The notes below the pieces were generated by a model. That model did no database searches. It saw nothing but the letters and a program-made list of their open reading frames with translations, and was not told the DNA's origin. A stretch of DNA of 63,401 bases, filler included, from Sluysia triapertura (Eukaryota), in NCBI GenBank assembly GCA_046118255.1. It is 4 parts of 4 records of this genome, joined end to end, with 100 filler letters (N's around TTAATTAATTAA, not from the genome) between each part and the next. Parts side by side here need not be neighbours in the genome. Positions count along the whole stretch, not along the records: positions 51,419 to 63,401 come from JBJNIA010150383.1; 3 more parts are not named here. The stretch is one strand, 5' to 3'. This document shows, piece after piece, positions 54,933 through 63,401 of the stretch. Each line of letters starts with the position of its first letter. Position 1 is the stretch's first letter. The position numbers were made by a program, and so were the translations under genes.

Positions 54933-56699
54933 GTAAAAGATTTATAAATAGTATAAATGAATTTTAGACAAAAAATTAATGTAAAAACTCGCCACAAAAG
55001 TCTTCCCTTACACAAGATATAAATTGAATATATACGATTCAAGCTATTCGAGCAGTGAATATCAGACATATAACATATACGATATTTATCTGGGTATTAA
55101 TTTAATAATTAAATCACAAGAACAATTTCTTCAGTGAACACCAAACAGTTCATACAATATTGAATCGGAAATCTGTCTGGATTAATGGGGTTAACAAATA
55201 ATTTATTAATCATGAGATATCCCGCATTCAACAATTAAAATCACATTGTTTTATATATAATTTTAAATGATGTCTTTGTTTTGTTTGTAATTATATTTGT
55301 GATAGAATTACTTAAATAAAGCACCCTTCTTTATTAAGATTTAAGTTCTTAAGAGCAAATAATACTTATTAAATTTTAATAAGCATTTCCATCTTTAAGA
55401 CAAGAGGCGAGTACATATATTATAGAAGAAAATCGATTTGAAACGAATAGAAGACTTGATAAATTTATACAAAGTCACATAGAGATATAAGGGAGAAAGT
55501 TGTTTTAACTAAAATAATGAATTCATCAGCAAATCAAATAGATAACAAAAAATATGTGAATCTTACAAATCTAGACTTAGATAACGTAATCACTATTGAA
55601 ATATTTTGCATTGCTAAAGTTATAAAAGGAAATTTAACATTAAATCAATAAAAGAACTGTAAATTAAAAGTTATTCGATTATGATCTAGATCACGGTAAG
55701 ATTCCAGACTTAAACAATTATAAATAAATTTTGAGTAGTCCGAGCGAAAAAAATTACTGTCTGTCTTAGACAAGAACATATTTTCACCAGAGATCCAGAA
55801 GTATTCAAAAGATCAAAACTTGCGATCTGAACTAATTGTATAATCTTACTCAACTTTATCACTTCTTATTAACGAATTTTATGATAAATTGGTGTATTGT
55901 ATTCTTTTTTACTTATCTTGGAAATATCTTAATCCCATTAATATTTTAATTTAAATCATGTCCCTTGTACTTAGAAAGAATAACTTTACCAAAATTATAA
56001 AATAAAATCAATGTCAAAGTTCATGAGATCTAAATTCGAATGAGTTGAAATAAACTCTCCTCGATTCAGACTGAAATAAATCTGAACCAAAATTCGAAAC
56101 TGTATTGTCTTAATTAAATCCATAAGTATAACACATATATGTCAACTTGAAAAGTAATGAAGATACTTTATTAATTCTAAGATCATATGTGATTAAAGTT
56201 ATAAAAATAATAATGAATTCATTTGATAAAGTAATAACAAAAAGATTCTTGTGCTCTGTACATCTATTTATTGACAGAGTTTTATGTTTTCACAGTATGA
56301 AAATTACTTTAAAAAATTACACCAAGTTTTCATCAATATACTAAGGTAATGAAACACATTAACAAGTACCTCATAAGTAACCAAGGTATTAGACTCCTTT
56401 CAAAAGTTGTACGCAATTTGAGTCACATTCAAATTTAACTAAAACGACTTGGCTTTATAATATTTCATTTGCAACATTTACATGAAACAATATTATCCAA
56501 ATTTGTAGTGCAAAACTTAGTATCACTTCATGGTTTTTAACGTTTATGGTGTTTTTGCCTATTCTGTGCAATTCCTTTCTTGTCTAATTAACTTCATGCG
56601 CGACTAATAAATTAGAAAAACGCTTACAAAAAATGTCTAATTTTTTCATATTTTAATTTATTAACTTATAATTGCATAACAGAAACAATAAATAACGGG

Positions 56700-56762
56700 T
56701 ACTCATTGTAGTTGAACAGCGGCAACGCATGAATATATCGAGATAGTCGCGGAAGGGGTTAA
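56700..56762 (-). mobile_element. piggyBac-like end where BIRC6-like coding similarity stops
   Basis: Minus strand reads TTAA|CCCCTTCCGCGACTATCTCGATATATT. Confidence 0.55.
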
Positions 56763-57184
56763 AAGCATTTATTCTCATTTTTCGTATTCAGATTTCCAAG
56801 GTTTCCTTAAATTCTTGAATAAAAATTTATTTATTTATTTTAAATGTTAAATGATATTTTAAATATCACAAAAAATAACCCCTTTAATCGGAAAATTAAG
56901 TTCTTCAATTTTCATTTGATTTGCTTCCTGAAATAAAATTATAAATACTTTGAAAATAAATTAAAAAATAATTGTCATTAAATAAGTCTATCCAATCAAA
57001 TTTACAAACATTATTATAAGACATAGTCACCTTGATTATGAATTAAAGATGAATAATGTATTTTACAAATCATAGTATGCTAGATTCAATGATGGTACAC
57101 AAATTCAGTGGTTTCCTTAATAAAGAACATAAAAAATTAATCAATAACTTGTTTTTGATCATAACACGTTGAATGACATTGGGA

Positions 57185-60100
57185 TCACTGGTGACCGGCG
57201 AAGCCAATAATTTTAGAAACACATACTGAGAAATTCATTTTGGCCAGACAGGCAAGCCATGTAAAATTATGCTAAATTTTGGTAATCAGATGTTTCCTTA
57301 CTTTGTGATTCAATAATAATAAATAGTGATAGTAAAAATAAACATTTAATGAATAGTTTATATTAACCTCATTCGAATTATTATTACTAGGCTTTGGACC
57401 CGGCTTCACATTAATATATATAGCGTAATGTCGAGATCGAAATTTAATCATTGCCGCACTTGTTATTGTCAAATGAATATGATTAGGTTCCGTTTCTAAT
57501 TGTTCATTTAGTAAATATGGTCCGGCAATTACTTCACCGTTTAAACGTCGAAGAGTTTCAATAGTCGGTCCACCGTTATTATCAGCATATGATTGGTGTT
57601 CTAAGAAAAGCAAACAAAAAATTCGTATTTTCATAATATAATAGTAGGATTTATTATAATAGGTTTTTCACTAATGAAATAGATTCAAGTTTTATTTTTA
57701 ATAAAAAAGGTTTTATAAAGTTGGATTCACAAAATTAATTGCTAGAATTAAAGAAAAATCCATAAAGCGAGTAATCTTATTCAATTTCCTTGCAAGGATA
57801 CTCGTTAATTAACTGAAGTTGATCAAGCACAATTAAAAGTGTTGCTTCATACCATCACTTCCAGCAATTCGTTTATTCTGTTATGAGATTGTCAAGGAAA
57901 TGTGGCAAGAATTACTTTTCTTTTCATATGGTTCTATAAATATTAATCGCATAAATCTATTGGCACAAGCTAAAGAGTATCTTATATAAAGTTATACGAT
58001 ATTTCTGCAATCTCCAATGAAGTATTAGATATCGAGCGACTGCAGAGATTGATGACAGTTATCGTTCATAACTGTATGATGACGCGGCATCGTCTTTCTG
58101 AATAACCAATAAAGTGTTCTTTACTCATCTTTCTTATGATGTTCAATCACACAACATGTTGTGAATAATGTTATGTCAGTGGTCGATAGCACTGAATACA
58201 TCCAAAAAGTAAACTGCATGAAAAATATAATTCGACTAATTTATTAGCACATTCCACATGTTTAGACTGTTGTTCCGTGCTTCAAATTGCTGAGAAATCT
58301 GTTTGTGCATTGTGAATGATTTCAAGTATGCTAAAGATTTTGCTGAAAATCAATACAAAGCGAATGCCGATGAAGATAACGACTTCTGTATATTTAAAAT
58401 ATTAAAAACAATGGATCATTTTTGGTCAAGAAATAAATCATTTAGTGATTTTGAAATCCCAAGTTACGGTAAATGTGTAAAAAAATTGCTTTATTTTTTA
58501 AAAACTCATGAAATAATATTGAATGATTTTCGTTGATTTTATAATTTTAATAAAAATGGATTCTCCATTTTTAGGTTGCCCCTTTAAAAAAGAAAAATGA
58601 CATTAAACCTTATTTTGATAATTATTTTTAGTAAATTAAAACAATTATTTTTAAAATTAAACAAACACTCAAATGTATCAATTCAGTTCTTTTAATTTTA
58701 ACAACTATAAATTTATACATTATTTATTAATTCTAAAATAAAACAAACGCCAACCAATCATTTCAGTATCATCATCATCATCAATAAAAGGAGCTTCTAG
58801 ATCATTAATAATTATTTCCGAATCATGCTTAGAGTTACTGTTACTAGATGTTTTAAACATTGATTGTTCAGCATGTTCTAATAATAAAGAGTCAACTGTA
58901 GCTTTGTTTTGATTGGCTACTGCAGCAGCACAAGAAGAAGATTTTTGCTGACGAATCAGAGTAACATAAATTAACCAATAACGATTATTACTACTATTAT
59001 AAATACTATTTTTGTTACAATGATGTTGCTGACGAAATATTTCCAAAAATTCATCTGTCATATTAAATTTCAAATCAACATGTCCCAAAACAAATTGTTT
59101 GGTTATACTCAGTTCGATAATATGTTCAGTTGGACAGGAATTCAATGTTCGAAAATTCAGAATCATCATATTATGATTGATATTTAATGGAGAAATTGCC
59201 GATGTGCTTTCCAGATTCATTTGATTATATGCAGTATTATTGGTTGTAGAAGTACAAGGAGTAGGAGTTGTAGTAGTAGTAGTAGTAGTACTAGTAGAAG
59301 TGACAGTAGTTGTAATATTTGTAGTTGTTGATGCACTATCTGATACTGGTTTTGTAGTGATCATCGATGATTGTGCTTTTACTGCTAAAGAAGGTCCTCC
59401 GAGAGTGTTCAATGGTGTTACTCGAAGTGACTGACTAATAGACGAACTAGTTTTGTTTTTCACAGGATTAATTTCTACCCAATTAGAAGAGTGAATCAAT
59501 TTGATACGATTAGTAACTACTTCGTATTTTGTTAATTCAAGTAATATGGGTAAATTTTTATCAATTGAGTCATAAAGTTCTGTTAGTAAAACAGTACTTG
59601 GACTGTTTATATCAATTGAGTACAAATTTAGTGAAACATTATCATCATTATTATTAGTAATTTTACATTTTTCAGTATTCTTGGTTACAGTGATGGGGAT
59701 AATATTACGTGGTGCATCGGTCATTGTATAAATTGTTAAGTAACCATCTTTGGTGGCTATAGCCATTTTATCCATATCAGGACAAACTGCTATATCAATT
59801 AAATCACCAACTAATTCAGTAGGTACACTTTGTTTATATGATAAGACTTTAAAGCAATACTTATCTGGTAATGGTTGATACTGGAACCAATCAGATGTTA
59901 TGTGGCCTACAATTGGGATACGCAAGAGAAATTTTTCCATATTGTTAAAAATAATATACCAATATGTTGTTTTATTATATTTATCGTAATTATAAGTAGC
60001 TGGCGCTGTATTACTAGACGTAGTATTAGCAGGTATTACTGAATTTGTGAACTCGTCCTCGTTTTCTGAATTATTTGATTCCAATAACTCGATATCTATT

Positions 60101-60255
60101 GGTCGAACAAATTTGATCAATGAATTTGACGTATCTTTACATGGAGTTAAAAAACTAGACTGACACACTAGAAGATTCATATCATAATATTCATTATCTG
60201 TATCACATCTAAATATGAAACGAGGTCAATGTGTCATTATAATGACAAGATAATT

Positions 60256-60304
<49 letters not shown>

Positions 60305-63213
60305 TATAAAAATGTTAACTAATAATAATTATGAAAATAATATAACAATAATATTAAGCAAATAAAAATAAATAGTTTAAATTAAAATAAACAAAAAGTA
60401 ATTAATTTAAATAATATAGTTATAATTAGAATATTATGCAATTGTAGTCTAAACATTTAATTATTGGAAACGAATCCTTATTGCAAGACAACTATAGATC
60501 GTTAGCTTTTTAATTATACATTCAGTATTCCTAAGTGATGATTAAATTAAACGTAAAATTATTTTCAATATTTTTCATTGACCATTTTAAATAGGTCATT
60601 AATAGTCAAATAAAGTTTTAATAACTATAACAGTGTAAACTATATATTTATTGGAGTTTTATTAACTGTATCACGTATATCTATTTTATTATTCATCAGT
60701 GTCTTTTGAAGGACTGTTTAAACAAGTCCATAAAATAAAGAACTTAATTATACAGTTGCAATATATAAAATCTGGTATATTATTTGTTTTCGTGGGTTAT
60801 TTTAAATAAATCATTGAAATACATTTTTCAAATCCTATTTTAAGTAAAGACAAAATATTTTTGTAACAAATTTGAATGTTATATTATCATTAATTTTGAC
60901 AGAGTTCTAGTCTCTTGCAATAATTACAGAAAGAATTTAATAATTAATTTCTTGTTACGACTTTCACACTAATATTCCAAATTTATTGATTTAAAAATCC
61001 AATGGACAAGCTCTTAATTGTGTAAGGATTCGATCACTAAGATTTCAATATATTCACCTTATGATAGTACACCTATTTACACGGTATTTTTTACACGTTT
61101 TCGCTTCTACACGGTCAAAAAGAAATTTGAAATTAAATACTGAACATTTGCTCCCTTTGATCATAGGCTGTTCATTTTCAATATTTAATTTTAAATTTTT
61201 TTGAACCATATAAAAGCGAAAACGTTTAAAACGGGGAATATCAGTAGTTTTTCATTGAATTTATTGTAAAAATAACATTTCAGTGGTAATTTTGTTTCAC
61301 TTCATGCTTTTGAAAAAATGTTCGCGCATCGTTAAAGACTTATTTGCGTTATATACGATAAAAACGACCAACTTCTTTTCTCGAATTAAAATTACTTCGA
61401 TTGTAATTATAATTACTCTTATAATTATAATTATAATTTATAATTCTTGTTAATGACTACTTTATTTCTAGAATAAGAATAGGCTTGTTCAAGTATTACA
61501 AAACTTAAATCAATTGAAGAAGCTCGTTTGTACTTATAATTAGTCTCTACATGATCATTAAAGTGGAGCTTAGTTCTACTTGTCTCGGTTCGAAAAGATC
61601 TGGACTATAATCTAGATGTTAAATTAACTCAAGTCCATGAGAATCATCCCATGTGAGATATAACATTATCTTTACGAAGAAAAACTTTACTTTTGTTGAA
61701 TAATTATGAATGATCAATCATAGTAACTTCAGCTCTTTTAATCTGTGTAAAATATACCAGTCAGAGTTGATAGACTGACTATCAAGAATCAATTCCAAAT
61801 ACCTTAAAAATTGAAAAAGAAGGCTATATATATAAATGTAACTACAATTCATAAAAGAAAAATGTTTGAAGAGAAAATCAAATGGCAAACTACTAAACAT
61901 GCTCCAAGGTAATGTTTCAGTACCCATAACAATAATGACAACTAAGATACAAATACCAAAACTTGTTTTATTTAGACATTCTCAATACAATTCTGAAGTG
62001 GCCCTTATTATTTCGTGTATTCTGACAATTGCTGTTTAATTTGAACGAACATCATTTCAATTTTACAAAAAACCTATCAAATAAACTTGGAGGTTACTAA
62101 AAAAATGTTCTTCAAGAATAGATTTTTGGATTTAGAATGATGTCAGCAAAAATGTGCAGAATGTGATAGTAATTAAAGCTACATTTTATTACTTTTTATT
62201 TTCATCTCTAATTGGACAGCCTCTTGTATTTTTGATTAAATATTTAAAATGTTACGATCCAGCAGTTTCAGTAGAACACACAATTTTCACGTAAACCTCT
62301 ATACATGTATTTTTAAAATTTATTTTCTTTATCAAATAAGAAAACAATCCATTATGATTCATCAGAATTATGCTGATAAAATTTAAAATACTACTTCCAA
62401 TATAGATAGAACTCAAATTAAACATTACAGAACTACTACTGTTACATTCGTCATTTTTAAAAAACCTTACTTCAACACCATAAATCCGTTCCGTTGAGGA
62501 CAGTCGTCAAAATGAATAGTTACAAAAAATACAGCACTTTCCAATCGTCCAGAACCAATTGCTTTGCATCTTGGAATTTCATTTACAATTTCATTCGCTG
62601 TAGTAGATGATGACTTAGATCTTAACGAGTCGTTACCGACACCGAATGTATTACTTAGTCCAACAACCAACTCACCAGCTACGGTTCCACTATCATCATC
62701 ATCGTCATCGTCATCGTCATCATTATCAGCAATATCAACCTCATTACCAACGCATGGTCGCCTGGCCATATCCACACCAGTTATATTTGTAAAACCGCCA
62801 CCATGACTACTACGCGAATTGAAAAGACACACCTCTATATCAACTACTGATCCAAATTCAGCTTTATCACATCCATCACATTTATCCATTATCATAACGG
62901 GGATAATACGGCAGATTTTTGTACTGCCCATATTACGATTTTGAGTCGGAACTGTACTTGGAGATGTTGTAATAAGAGGAAACTGCGTTGGTTTATATTT
63001 GGAATCATCAAATTTAATTGGTTCTTTATTATCATTATCATTAGTATTTGTGTTAGTGTTAGTATTATTGTTGGCAGTGGTGCTGTCATTTTTAGTGGTA
63101 GACGAATTTTTCGTGATTATATATTCTTTCCACAATGTCGACAAAGAAAGAACTGACAAAAACGATTCTTTATTATAATTCCATATGAAATCTGTATAAC
63201 CAACTGGAGCTTT
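57185..63213 (-). CDS. BIRC6: BIRC6/BRUCE-like N-terminal region; exons 63213-62471, 60208-58755, 57600-57368, 57271-(stop 57185)
   Basis: Exon phases (2, 1, 0) join in frame. TEHIIELSITKQFVLGHVDLKF..IYVTLIR resembles BIRC6 'DEHVFELVLPKACMVGHVDFKF..IQVTLLK'; GEVIAGP..LTITS is also similar. 5' exons (BIR) lie outside the window; downstream sequence is frameshifted. Confidence 0.75.
61085..61240. mobile_element. Palindromic MITE-like element in BIRC6-like intron
   Basis: About 50-bp imperfect inverted arms: acgttttcgcttctacacggtcaaaaagaaatttgaaattaaatactgaa / ttcaatatttaattttaaatttttttgaaccatataaaagcgaaaacgt. Confidence 0.65.
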
Positions 63214-63328
63214 CTACATAAATAATTAAAAATTTTTAATTTTTTATTGATAATTATTACTTTCTGTGACATACATTAAAATATTATCTTTTCTTTTTGT
63301 TTATTTATTAAGAATCTAAGGTGGCAAG

Positions 63329-63401
<73 letters not shown>

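Noticed and set aside
54940-55069. MSDI..LLWRVFT frame as Derlin-1 exon 1
   Set aside because: Only superficial similarity; it lacks the W/F..IP.ITR.WF pattern and has the wrong spacing.

Overview
This is very AT-rich metazoan nuclear DNA. Flatworm-like origin is an inference from (AAT)n microsatellites, a 33-nt intron and the gene content. It is not one contiguous locus: three 100-bp N44-TTAATTAATTAA-N44 linkers join four pieces (1-22403, 22504-35223, 35324-51318, 51419-63401), and there is a 132-N gap. Recognisable host genes are the first exon of a DEG/ENaC channel, a complete two-exon UTP4/cirhin head-to-head with an unknown gene, the last three exons of Derlin-1, and in-frame exons of a BIRC6/BRUCE-like gene that decays and stops at a piggyBac-like end. 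Decayed gene copies include a FAM120-like PIN gene and a YME1L/FtsH M41 tail. Transposon debris includes an internally inverted Polinton/Maverick, a gypsy LTR-PBS-gag with extra LTRs, a LINE, mariner, pogo, piggyBac ends/MITEs and a tRNA-headed repeat. Three leads stand out. (1) Decayed DIRS-type units in which RT-RNaseH and tyrosine-recombinase (YR) ORFs appear separately, each behind a shared hairpin-GGTGGACTC leader, suggesting a segmented retroelement; the YR copies are extremely G-depleted and have an insert at the catalytic motif. (2) A phase-compatible BIRC6(N)-Derlin-1(C) juxtaposition. (3) A sharp GC step inside UTP4. All family calls were made by eye from remembered motifs; no database search was run.
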